Source: an uncultured delta proteobacterium
GTDB lineage: Bacteria; Myxococcota; Myxococcia; Myxococcales; Anaeromyxobacteraceae
Length of the DNA: 64,000 bases
Direction: 5' to 3'
Assembly (NCBI GenBank): GCA_963845515.1
Contig: CAWJSR010000058.1
Span: 32,001-96,000, forward strand
A model generated the notes under the pieces. The model worked only from the letters and a program-made list of their open reading frames with translations. It was not told the DNA's origin and searched no databases. Both the position numbers and the translations under genes were made by a program. Positions 52,125 through 62,668 of this stretch are shown here, piece by piece. Positions within the stretch are counted from its first letter, which is position 1; every line of letters starts with the position of its first letter.

Positions 52125-52144
52125 GCGCTGCCACGGTGAGGGGG
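52089..52144 (+). repeat. Degenerate REP-like element at the batB-batC junction
   Basis: CCTCTCCCCCGCCCCCGCGGGGGAGG...GGTGAGGGG. Confidence 0.5.
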
Positions 52145-52983
52145 ACGATGGATCTCGCCCCCGCCCTCCTCCTGCTCCCCTCGCTCTGGCTCTCCGCCGC
52201 GCCGTTCACTCGCGAGCAGCCCGACGTCCGGGCAGGGAACGAGCGGCTCCTGCAGGGGGACCACCAGGGAGCGCTGGAGCGATACGAGGCCGCGGAGCAC
52301 GCCGTCGGACAGAGGCCGGAGCTCGACTACGACCGGGGCATCGGGCTCCTGCGCCAGGGCAGGACGGCCGAGGCGCTGTCGGCCCTGCGCCGCGCCGCCG
52401 AGCGGGGCAGCGGACCGCTCGCGTCGCGCGCGCTCCAGAACGCCGGGGCGGCGCTCGACGCGACGGGGGATCGCGACGGGCGCCATCCGGGCGTTCGCCG
52501 ACGCGCTCGCCCGCGATCCGTCGAACGAGGACGCGCGGTTCAACCTCGAGGTGCTGCTGCGGCGGCGGAGCGAGGAGAAGCGGAGCGGCGGCGCCAGGGA
52601 CGAGCCGGAGCGGCGCGAGGCGAAGGCCGGACAGCGCGACGAGCCCGCGGCGAGAGCGCGGCGGCTCGCCAGACGAGCGCGGCGACAAGGCCGGGGCGCC
52701 GGAGCGCCCGGAGACGAAGGACGCGTCGACGAGAGGCACCCCCGACGCCGGTGAGCGGGCGCGCGAGCCGGACGCACGCGGCACGAAGCAGGGAGCAGCG
52801 TCTGCCCGCGCGGAGGAGGGGCAGCAGGGCGGCGAGGCCGGGCGCGCGGTCGCCGGGGAGCCGACGTCGAGGCAGGACGCGGAGCGGCTGCTCGACGCGG
52901 TCAGGGCGCGGGAGCGGAACCTGCCGCCGGGAGCCTGGCGGCGGCGCGAGGCGAGGAGGCGCGATGTCGAGAAGGACTGGTAG
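52136..52983 (+). CDS. TPR protein BatC-like (two frameshifts)
   Basis: GNERLLQGDHQGALERYE, DARFNLEVLLR, DAERLLDAVRARE, terminal VEKDW. Confidence 0.8.
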
Positions 52984-54423
52984 CGCCCTCGCGCTGCTCC
53001 TGCCGGTCGTAGCGCTCCTCGGGACGCGCCCGGCCGCGGCTGCGCAGCCTGGGCCTCCCGGCGCCGCCTGGCGCGGCTGGGAGCGCGACCTCTGGCTCGA
53101 GGTCCAGGTGGACCGGAAGCACCCATGGCTGGGCGAGCAGGTGACTGCGTCCGTCTTCCTCGTCTCGCCCGTGGGCGTGCTGGGGATCGACGGCTTCAAG
53201 CCACCGGCCTACGACGGCTTCTGGGCCGAGCCGGTGGAGGTCCCGCCGCGGCTGGAGCCGCGGCGGCGGGTGGTGAACGGCATCCCGCTCGTGAGCTTCC
53301 TCGTCCAGCGGGTCGCGCTCTTCCCGACGCGAGCGGGCAAGCTCACGATCGATCCCTTCCAGGCCGACGTGACGGTGCAGGTCCTGAGCGGCAACCGGCT
53401 CTTCGATCCGTTCCGGAGGGTCGAGCAGGTACGCCGCCGGAGCGCCCCCGTGGCGCTGGAGGTACGGCCGCTCCCTCCGAACCCGCCGTCGGGGTTCGAG
53501 AGCGTCAACGTCGGGAGCCTCGCGCTTCAGCTCGCGCCCTCCGAGCCGGAGCTCCCGGCCGGTGAGCCGCTCGCCCTGCGGCTCACCGCGCGCGGCTCGG
53601 GGAACGTCCGCGCCTGGTCATTGCCGCCCCTGCCGCCCATCGCCGGGACGCGCCGCTTCGAGCCGACGTCGTCGGAGCAGCTCGCCCCAGCGGGTGGCCG
53701 CGTCGCCGGGAGCCGGACGGTCGAGACGCTCGTCGTCCCGGACCGCGCGGGCGAGCTGGTGATACCGCCCGTCTCGCTGCCCTGGTTCGACGTGAAGTCG
53801 GGCCGCTACCAGGTCGCGCGGACGGCGGAGCTGCGCGTCCCGGTCTCCGCCGGGCGCGGGCTACCCGCCCCCGCCGCCGGCGCCGACGCCCTCGCCGCCG
53901 GGCTCCGCCCCATCGAGATCCGGCGACGCGCTCGAGCGTAAGGCGGCGCCCCCATGGCGACGGCCCTCCTTCCTGCTCCTCGTCTTCCTCCCCCCGGCCG
54001 GCTTCGCGTTCCTCCTCGCGTCGGACCGGCTTCGGGAGCGTAGCACGGGCCGGCGCCGCGGCGCGGCGGGTCCGCGGCGCGGTCCGCGCGGCGCGGCGCC
54101 GCCTCTCGACCGCCGAGCGTCGGCTGAGGGCGGGCGACCTCCCCGGGTTCGTCGCCGAGCTCGAGCGGACGCTGACCGGGTTCGCCGCCGACAAGCTGGG
54201 GCGCCCGGTCACCGGCCTCACCCGCGACCTGCTCGCAGCCTCGCTCACGGCCAGCGGTGCCCACCCACCCGCCGTCCGCGCCCTCCTCGAGACGCTCGAG
54301 GCGTGCGACGCGGCCCGGTTCGGCGGCAGCGCCCCCGGAGCGCCGCTGCTCGCCGCCGCCGCCGAGACGATGGCGATGCTCGAAGAGGCGGACTGGACGC
54401 CGGGACCGGGAGGGCGCACGTGA
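52964..54423 (+). CDS. batD: BatD family protein (frameshift near 53920)
   Basis: VDRKHPWLGEQV, PAYDGFW, RVALFPTRAGKLTIDP, GSGNVR, PWFDVKSGRYQ; C-terminal CDAARFG. Confidence 0.82.
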
Positions 54424-55144
54424 CGCTCCTCATCGCCCTCCTCCTCGCGTCGTCAGCTCCCGCCTCCCCGCCCGAGCGGTTCGAGCAGGCCAACGCCCTC
54501 TACCGCGCCGGTGACTTCTCGGGCGCCGCGAGCGAGTACGACGCGCTCGTGAAGGACGGGTTCGCCTCGCCGTCCCTCCACCTGAACCTCGGCAACGCAC
54601 AGGCCCGGCTCGGACTCCGCGGCCGGGCCGTCGCCAGCTGGGAGCGGGCGCTGCGGCTCGATCCCTGGGACGAGGACGCGCGGCGCGAACCTGCGCGCCG
54701 CCCGGACCGAGGATCCCGACCGCGCGCTCGCGGGCGAGCCGACGCTGCTCGCGCGGGTCGTCGAGAGGACCAGCGACGGGGTCGCGGTCGTCATCTTCCT
54801 GCTCCCCTGGTGGCTCCTCTGGGGCGCGCTCGCGCTGCGCCCTCGCGTCGGCGGCCGGATGAGGCGGACGCTGTCCGCGCTGGCGCTCCTCTCGGCGCTC
54901 GGCGTCCTCGCCGGCCTGCATCCTCGTCGCCGGCCGGGCGCGAGACCGCCGCCTCCCCCTCGCGATCCTCGTCGCGCCGTCCACGCCGGTTCGGGAGGGA
55001 CCCTCTCCGGCGCTGAAGGCCGCCTTCGAGCTCCACGAGGGAACGCGCGCGCGTGTCGTGAGGCAGTCCGGCGGCTTCGTCCTGGTCCGGCTCGACGGCG
55101 GGCTGGAGGGCTGGCTGCCCGTGGCCGGCGTGGAGCCGCTGTAG
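54420..55144 (+). CDS. BatE-like TPR/SH3 protein (frameshifts near 54686 and 54918)
   Basis: FEQANALYRAGDF, LNLGNA, ERALRLDP; VREGPSP..FELHEGT..DGGLEGWLP. Confidence 0.8.
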
Positions 55145-55279
55145 GCAGGGCTGTGTCCATGCGTCGCGGGACTCGCGGTGTCAGCGCGCATCCCGTACGA
55201 CTTAAACGTTCACTTACCCAGCAGTCACACCCGATGCGCCGTGGGGGCAGCCTTGGCATCCGATACGAGCCTGACGGGT

Positions 55280-56014
55280 ATGCCGCCGGTGAAGGGGCGG
55301 GTGACGATCAGCCTGAGCTACCGGACCGCGGCCGAGATCGGCCGCGACCGCCTTCCGCAGCTCACGCGCGGCCTCCTGGCGCGCACCCCGGAGGCGGTCG
55401 AGGTCGGCGACGCGGTGGACGTCGTGATCGAGGCGAAGGCCGAGGCGATCACGGTCCGCGCCAGCGGCGAGGTCCGCTGGGTCACCAGGCTCGCCACCTC
55501 CCGCCTGGTCGGCATGGTCCTCGCCGGGGCGACGCCCGAGGATTGCGAGCACCTGGAGCGCTTCCTCGACGCGCCGTCCGCCCTCGGCGCCTCGATGACG
55601 CCGGCGCTCACGCCGGCCCTCCGCTACACCCCCGCCCCGGTGCTCGCCGTGGCCATGCTGCAGCCCAACGCCGTCCTCCGGCAGATCCTGTCGAGCGCGC
55701 TCGCGAAGGTCGCGGGGAACCTCGGCGAGAAGTGGAGCCTCAAGCTGGACGCCTGCGCGACGCCCGACGGCTTCGTCGCGTCGATGGCGAGCCGTACGCG
55801 GCAGCTCGCGGTGATCGACTGCGACGCGGTCGGAGGCGCCGAGGAGGCGCTCATCGACGGCATCCGCTCCCACGAAGGCTACCAGAAGCTGCCCCTCGTG
55901 CTCCTCTCGGGACTGCGCACGGCGCGGCTCGAGGACCGGTTCGCGGTGACGATGCAGAAGCCGCTGACGGTGAAGGCCTTCCAGCACACGACCGAGCTGC
56001 TCCTCCGCGCATGA
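55280..56014 (+). CDS. PilZ-like domain fused to a receiver-like domain
   Basis: N-terminal beta-rich PEAVEVGDAV..GEVRWV..GMVL; C-terminal LAVIDCD..LPLVLLSG..MQKPLT. Confidence 0.65.
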   Translation: MPPVKGRVTISLSYRTAAEIGRDRLPQLTRGLLARTPEAVEVGDAVDVVIEAKAEAITVRASGEVRWVTRLATSRLVGMVLAGATPEDCEHLERFLDAPSALGASMTPALTPALRYTPAPVLAVAMLQPNAVLRQILSSALAKVAGNLGEKWSLKLDACATPDGFVASMASRTRQLAVIDCDAVGGAEEALIDGIRSHEGYQKLPLVLLSGLRTARLEDRFAVTMQKPLTVKAFQHTTELLLRA

Positions 56015-56403
56015 ACCCATTCCCCGGCCGGAAGCCCCGAGTCCTGCTCCTCGACGACAGCGCGACCGCGCGCGCGGTCATCAGCGCCGCCCTCGGGCGG
56101 AGGGGCTACGAGGTGATCACGGCGCGCGATCTCTCCGACCTGGACGCGGCGCTCGACCGGATGCGGCCGGACATCCTGCTCCTGGACGTCCACCTGCCCG
56201 AGATCGTCGGCACCGATCTCATCCCCTGGCTGCGCGACACCAAGCGGCTGGACCGGCCGATCCTGCTCTGCTCCACGCGCTCGGAGGAGGATCTGGCGCG
56301 GCTCGCGGAGGAGTCGGGCGCAGACGGATGGGTGCGCAAGAACAGCCGCCCGGACGAGCTGGCCGCACGCGTCGAGCACTTCCTCGCCGGTGGCGAGGTG
56401 TGA
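56011..56403 (+). CDS. Single-domain response regulator
   Basis: VLLLDDS, PDILLLDVHLP, ILLCST, GADGWVRK. Confidence 0.92.
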   Translation: MNPFPGRKPRVLLLDDSATARAVISAALGRRGYEVITARDLSDLDAALDRMRPDILLLDVHLPEIVGTDLIPWLRDTKRLDRPILLCSTRSEEDLARLAEESGADGWVRKNSRPDELAARVEHFLAGGEV

Positions 56404-56413
56404 GGGCGAGGGG

Positions 56414-57025
56414 CTACAGGCTCAGCGCGTCGTCGATCGACGCGTCCACGTAGCCGCGGGTCTTGATGCAGGTCGTGACCTCCGCCTGCCATGGCTCGGC
56501 CACGACGACTGCCGCGTCGATGGCGTAGTCGAACCTGAGCTGCCCCGAGTATAGGTACTCGGCGAGGTTGAGCTCCTGGCCGGTCGCCTCGACCGGGGTC
56601 CCGGACGGCGCCAGCGGGTCGCGCGTGAAGGACAGGATCTCCTTCGGCGCGAGCCCCGAGTCCGCGGGTGGGACGACGCGGATGAGCAGCTGGTTGGCCA
56701 GATCGAGCGCGTCCGCGTGAGGCGCGAGCGCGGTGATCCTGACGAGCTTGATCTGCACGTCGAGGTCCAGCAGGTCCTTCGCCTCCGCCGGGAGATCCAC
56801 GACGTTGTCGTCGATCGTGATCTCCGTGCCGAGCTCGGCCGCGAGCTTCGCCGCCATCTCCGACGGCAGCTCGTTCGTCCCCGAGACACCGGCCGCCATG
56901 TCGGTCGCGTCGATGTCCACGACGTTCGTGACGCAGACCTCCGGCGCCTCGATCTCCAGCATGATGAGCGGGAGGTTGCAGCCGCCAGCGAACGCCAACA
57001 CCCCAGCGATTACGATCCGGTTCAT
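56414..57025 (-). CDS. Putative lipoprotein
   Basis: MNRIVIAGVLAFAGGC lipobox; acidic beta-rich body with a Cys pair. Confidence 0.75.
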   Translation of the reverse strand: MNRIVIAGVLAFAGGCNLPLIMLEIEAPEVCVTNVVDIDATDMAAGVSGTNELPSEMAAKLAAELGTEITIDDNVVDLPAEAKDLLDLDVQIKLVRITALAPHADALDLANQLLIRVVPPADSGLAPKEILSFTRDPLAPSGTPVEATGQELNLAEYLYSGQLRFDYAIDAAVVVAEPWQAEVTTCIKTRGYVDASIDDALSL

Positions 57026-57033
57026 GGTGATCC

Positions 57034-58091
57034 CTAGAAGAAGTAGACGAGGAAGCCGAACTTCACCGACGGCACGCGCATGGTGATCTTCGTGTCGGAG
57101 ATCGTCGCCGACATGGACGCGTCCTCGATCGCGGTCGCGGCCGCGGCCGTCAGGCCGTGCACGGTGGTCCAGAGCTGCGTGAGCCCGGCGCGCACGAAGA
57201 AGACGAAGCGTCGCGGCGCGCCGAGCTCCAGCCCCAGGTGCGCGTCCACGTACTGGTAGCCGAACTTGCGGAGCACTGGCTCGAGGTCCGGATCGGACGC
57301 GCCCAACTTCTGGAGCATCGGATTCCAGTCGGTCTCGAGGGCCCTCCCGTAGTTGAAGGTCAGGGCGGGGGTGATGGCGAAGTTGAAGGGGACGAGGCTG
57401 ACGCCCACGCGATAGCCGTTCGAGGCGTAGACGGTCGTCGTCCCGCCCGCCTCGAGCCTCAGCCAGTACCACGGGCGGTAGAGGAGCCCGACCCCTGCCG
57501 CGTCCGGGAAGCCGCCATCGAGCGTGAGCCCCCAGTTGGTCGGGCGCTTCGGCCTGGCGCACTGGCACTCCGGCACGGCTGGGCACTCCGCCGCAGCCGC
57601 GGCGGCCGCAGCGGGGGCCGCCGGACTGGCGACCTGCTCGACGAGCGCCGGCGGGGCGACCGCTGGGGGCGCGGGCTTGGGCAGGTGGTGGGCGTGGCAG
57701 CCGCGGGCACGGCTGCGGCGCGCCGGCGCCGGCGCGACCGCGTCGGTCGCGCTGGCGGCCGCCTCCGCCACCTCGGGGCGGTCGGCGCAGGGCGGCTTCG
57801 ACCGCTGCCGGCGGCGCGACCGTGGGCGGGCTGGGGGCTGGCTCGATGGCAGCGGTGAGGGAGCCGGGAGGTCGAGGCGGCGCCGGAACCGCCCGCGTCA
57901 GGCGCGGCGGCGGTCGCCGGCTGATCCTCGGGCGCAGCGGGCGCTGGCTGCGCTGCTGCCGCGTCGGCTGGCGCGCTCGACGCCGGCTGCGCAGCGGTGG
58001 TGGGTGCGTCGGCGGCGGACGCCTCTGGCTTCGAGGACGCTGCCGGATCGACTGCCAGGAATGCGATGGTGAGGAGGAGCGCCGTGGTCAT
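57034..58091 (-). CDS. Secreted or outer-membrane protein with Pro/Ala-rich linker (frameshifts in the linker)
   Basis: Signal MTTALLLTIAFLA; C-terminal WGLTLDGGFPDAAGVGLLYRPW..PSVKFGFLVYFF barrel-like domain. Confidence 0.7.
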
Positions 58092-58190
58092 GTCGGGGCC
58101 GATTAGAGCACGACGACCTCTCACGGCGCGCGTCCCCTGACGCCACGTACCGTGAAGAGGGTACGCGGATGTAGCGGCCGCCGAAGCTGC

Positions 58191-59309
58191 CTAGAAACCG
58201 AGCGTCAGCGTCGCGAACGCACCGCCGGGCGCCGGCACCACGTCCAGGCGCGCCGAGCCCTCCCGGTAGCGGCCGTAGCGGTTCGGGTCGTCGCCGGCCA
58301 CCCAGAAGTAGACCGACGCGATGGCAGCCGCGCCGCCGACCCCGGCGCCGATGGCCGAGATGAGCTGGCGCTGCTCGACGTCGCGCTTGAGCGAGGTCGC
58401 CTGGTCACGGAAGGACTCGTCGCCATCGAGCAACTTCCGCCGCGCATGGAGGAAGGTGTCGGGGGTGCTCTCGTTGCCGTAGAGCCGGTTCGCGTCCACC
58501 TGCCCCCACACGGCCACCGCCAGCCCGGCGACGGCGACGCCCGTCGCTGCCCACGCGCCGAAGCGCAGCTTCCCCTGCCTCGACTCGTAGTCCCTGATGA
58601 AGTCGGGGCTCGGGACGAGCGTCGCGCGCTCCTCGACGAGCCTGCCCGGCTCGATCTGGACGTCCTTCTGGTACGCGACGAACCCCTGCTTCTCGACCAG
58701 GAGGAGGTGAGGACCGGAGGGGAGCGAGATCTGCCCCTGGAGCGGCGTCGTGCCGCGGACCTGGTCGTCGATCCTGACCACCGCGCCCGCCTCGGCGACC
58801 GACACCACCAGGGACCCAGCCCTCCCCGCCAGGATCTTCGCCACCAGCTTATGGGCGGCCCTCCCGACCTTGCCGAGGATCTCCCCCTCCGACTTCCCCG
58901 CCTCCACCACCGACCCCTCCCGCTGCCCCTTCTTGACGTTGGAGAGCGTCATGTCGATGTTGAATGTCTCCGGGAGCCCCGCTGCGGCGCCGATGCGGGT
59001 CACCTTGCCGGAGATGATGTAGTCGACGCCGAGCGCGCCGCCGATCTCGGCGATGCAGCCGGTGTCGGCGCAGCCCAGCATCTGACGCTGCTTCTCGAAG
59101 GCGAGCATGTCGCGGATGGCATCCGCGGTGATGATCCTGAAGACGCCGAGCCGGTCGACCTCGTTGGCGGCCGCGCTGCTCGCCGCAGAGGTCAGCTCCT
59201 TCGAGGCCCCGTTGGCGGCGAAGTCGAGGATGGCGAGCCTGGGCCTCGCGTCGGCGGCGGCGGCGGGGCTGGCCGCGGCCAGGACCAGGAGGAGAGCGAG
59301 CGAGCGCAT
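58191..59309 (-). CDS. PEGA domain-containing secreted protein
   Basis: Signal peptide; RLAILDF..GCADTGCIAEIGGALGVD; GAVVRIDDQVRGTTPL..GPHLLLVEKQGF. Confidence 0.88.
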   Translation of the reverse strand: MRSLALLLVLAAASPAAAADARPRLAILDFAANGASKELTSAASSAAANEVDRLGVFRIITADAIRDMLAFEKQRQMLGCADTGCIAEIGGALGVDYIISGKVTRIGAAAGLPETFNIDMTLSNVKKGQREGSVVEAGKSEGEILGKVGRAAHKLVAKILAGRAGSLVVSVAEAGAVVRIDDQVRGTTPLQGQISLPSGPHLLLVEKQGFVAYQKDVQIEPGRLVEERATLVPSPDFIRDYESRQGKLRFGAWAATGVAVAGLAVAVWGQVDANRLYGNESTPDTFLHARRKLLDGDESFRDQATSLKRDVEQRQLISAIGAGVGGAAAIASVYFWVAGDDPNRYGRYREGSARLDVVPAPGGAFATLTLGF

Positions 59310-59429
59310 GGGGCCCGATGCTAGCCCATCCGCGCGCCCCACCGTCAATCGGCTCACGCCACCCGCGTCGACCGGGGCGGCGCACGCGGCCACCCGCGCG
59401 AGCGCACCCGGCGCGGAAGGAGCGCGGGC

Positions 59430-60795
59430 TCAGGCGCAGCGCAGGTGGGCCGCGAGCGCCCGGTCCCCGCCCTGCCTGAACGCGTCCAGGGCGTCGTCTG
59501 CCGGCGTGCGCCCCGAGGCGACCCGCTCGGCCAGCGGCGCCAGCCAGACCCGCTCGTCCTCGCCGCGATCGCCGCAGCAGTGCTGCCTGCAGAGCCCCAG
59601 CTTCGCCGCGTCGAGCAGCTCGCCCGCGAGCTCGCCGAGCCTGCGCCCGTCGGGCGTCGCCGCGCGCAGCCCCTCGCGCCCGGCGTCGCGCGCCAGGGCG
59701 CGCCGGTCGTCGATCGACCAGCGCCTCACCAGGTCCCACGCCCACGCGCGCGAGGCGCGGTCGTACGAGGATCCCCTTCCAGAAGGCGAGGAGCGCCCGG
59801 ATCATCTCGGGGCCTCCGGCGTCGGCTCCCCGCACCTCGACGACCCCCTTCACCCGCACGTCGAGGAAGATCGTCGAGAGGTGGTCCTCCCAGTCCGAAA
59901 TGCGCGGCCGCTCGCCGGCGATCCCCTCGGCGAGGAAGGCCCGGAACGTCCGGCCCCCGGTCTCGACGTACCTGCCGTCCCGCCGGAGGAAGACCACCGG
60001 CACGTCGAGCGCCCACTCCGCATATGCCCGGTAGGCCGAGCCCTCGAAGCCGGCAGTGAACGGGAAGGCCGGGATCCCGCAGCGCGCCGGGTCGGTCTCC
60101 TCCCAGACCTTCACGCGGTACGAGAGCCACCCCGACTCCCGCCCGTCGACGATCGGCGAGTTGGCGAAGAGCGCGGTGATGGCCGGCTGGATCGCGAAGG
60201 CGACGCGGAGCTTCTCGGCCATGTCCCGCTCGGAGCCGAAGTCGAAGGAGGCCTGGGTCGAGCCGGTCATCGCCATCATGTCCTCGGCGAGCCGGCCGCG
60301 CGCGGCCAGGAACGGGCGCATCACGTCGTACCGCTTCTTCGGCATCCACGGGACGGTCGCCGCCGTGCCCCACGGCCGGTAGCCGGCGGCGAGGAACTCG
60401 ATCCCGAGGTCCGCGGCGATGGCGCGGCACTTCTCCAGGTGGCGATCGAGCTCCGCGGAGACGACGTGGACGTCGGCGAACGGCCTGCCCGAGAGCTCTA
60501 TCTGGCCGCCGGGCTCGATCGAGACCGTGAGCCCCCGCTTCTGCGACGCGATGACGTGACCGTCCTCGATGAAGGGGGTGTAGCCGTACCGCTCGAAGGC
60601 GCCCAGGATCGCGCCGACACCAGCGGGGCCGTCGTACGGGACCGGCTCGAGCGTCCCGGCACGGAGCACGATCTTCTCGTGCTCCAGCCCCACCTTCCAC
60701 TCGGGCCGCGGCCGCTCGCGCGCGCGGAACCACTCCGCCAGCTCCTCGACCCGCTGGACTGGGGGCGATTCTCCGGTGCTGGCGTCGAGCGACAT
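59430..60795 (-). CDS. gshA: Glutamate--cysteine ligase (frameshift near 59768)
   Basis: KVGLEHEK, SIEPGGQIELSG, WMPKKRY, ALFANSP, WEDHLSTIF, EVRGAD. Confidence 0.92.
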
Positions 60796-60918
60796 CCGCG
60801 GGAATGTAGTCGCGGTGCGCGCGTCGCGCCACCTGCGAGGGGCAAGGCCCGTGGGTGAGGGGCCCGGCCCTCGATCGCCCCGCCGAGGTCGGAGACAGGT
60901 GGACGTCGCGCCGTCCCG

Positions 60919-62530
60919 CTACGCGCGGGCCGCCCGCCGGCGCAGCGACACGACCAGGCGCGCCAGCGCGACCGCGAGCAGCGAGAGGAGGCCAGCGCCT
61001 CCGGCGGCGCACCCGCCGCCGTCACCGGACGTGGAGCCGCCCGGCGGAGTTGCGCAGGTGCTCCCCGTGAACCCGCCCATGCACGCGCACGAGAAGCTGC
61101 CGACCTCGTTCGTGCACGCACCGCCGTTCAGGCATGGTGCCACCGCGCACTCGTCCACGTCGGCCTCGCAGCTCGTCCCCTCGTAGCCCGCACCGCAGAC
61201 GCACGACGCCAATCCCACTCCGTCCACGCACGTGCCGCCGTTGAGGCAAGGGTTGACGGCACAGTCGTCGACGTTGGTCTCGCAGAGGTCGCCGGTGAAG
61301 CCATCGGCGCAGCCGCACAGCGCGACGCTTCCCGAGGGGGTGCAGGACGCGCCGTTCAGGCAGGGCGAGGGGAAGCAGGGGTTACCGGAGCTCGCAGCGA
61401 TCACCGCTGTAGGCGGCGGTGCAGGCGCAGCCAGTGCCGCCGAACTTCGCGTAGCAGGTGCCGTTGACCGTGCACGAGTCGGCGGCGCACGTTCCCACCG
61501 CGGGGACGGAGGTGCCGGCCGCGCCGTCGGTGCACCTCGTCGACGAGGCGTTCCCGCGAGCGCCACCGTGGACGTCTACACGGCCGGTGAAGCCGCTGGC
61601 TTCCCCGGAGACGGCAATCCGGCCGCCCCCGCCCCCGCCCGAGCAGGCGCCCGACCCCGCGGTCGTGCCGGCGCCGCTGCCGCCGTCCACCTGAAACCAG
61701 CCAGTCCCCACCAGCATCCCAACCTTAAGCCAGAGGCTCCCGCCCGCCCCGCCGCCGCCGTGATAGTTGTAGCCGGAGTAGAGCTGGCTTCGGCCGAACA
61801 AGCCTGAGGCGCCGACGCTCCCGTCGACGCGCATCGCGCCGGCGACGATGAAGGTGATCGCGCCGCCTCCCCGGCCCCCCTCGCCGTAGCAGGAGTAGGA
61901 GTCCACACCGCGCCAGCCGCAGCCTCCGCCGCTCCCAGGCAGGATCGGCCCGGAGTCGGAGTCATAGACTGCGCCGCCGTAGGTGGGCCCGGTGGGGCCG
62001 ACGTCGCTCCCATTGCCACCTGCGCCGCCATGGCCACCGCCGCCGGCTGAGCCGAGGCCGGCGACCCCGGGCGCGGTGCCGTACCCCGCGTTCCACCCAC
62101 CCGAGTTGGCGCTGATCGAGCCTCCCGCGTTCACCGTGAGCGTCTCCGCCTCGATTACGTAGCTGACGCCGTTGCCGGGATGGACGACGAGCGCCCCTCC
62201 CCAAGGGATGACGAGGGCGCCGGAGCCCGGGACGCCCGTGACCGGCTTCACGCGGAGCGCGCCGTCGCCAAAGGCGCCGATTCCTACGAGGGCGCTCACC
62301 GTGACGTTGCCGTTCACCGTGTAGCTCACCTGGCTGAGGGTCGTGGTGCTCGTGAAGTTCACGTCACCCGTGCAGGTGAAGTCCGACGTGAGCACCCCGT
62401 CGATCCCGGCGCAGTCGCCAGTCGTGACGGCGGCCGCAAGGGGCACGGACGGAGCCAGACCGAGGATGAGCGCGGCGAGCGCCACCCTCGCCCACCTGGA
62501 CGCTTCGATCGCGACAGGCCGTTCCCGCAT
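60919..62530 (-). CDS. Secreted Gly-rich protein with four EGF-like repeats and a MYXO-CTERM-like tail (frameshift near 61388)
   Basis: Signal peptide; GGGGHGG..GSGGG..GGGGGRIAV; DDCAVNPCLNGGTCVDGV..C; GGGCAAGG-TM-RRR tail. Confidence 0.82.
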
Positions 62531-62668
62531 GGTTCAAATCCCCCTTCGCTCGATGAACGCGAGGATGATGACGATACGTCAATGGAACGGAACCTGGAAG
62601 CGCGAGCGACATCCGCGGCGCAGCGCGCCACGCGACACCGCCCCGTACCGGCGCTACGCTCGCCGCCC

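Noticed and set aside
57680..57720. GCHAHH as a metal-binding motif in ORF 57034..57771
   Set aside because: It lies in a frameshift-rich Pro/Ala linker and is probably an out-of-frame reading
62531..62552. GGTTCAAATCCC resembling a tRNA T-arm or att site
   Set aside because: No cloverleaf upstream and no CCA; on the other strand it is the RBS region of the EGF-protein gene
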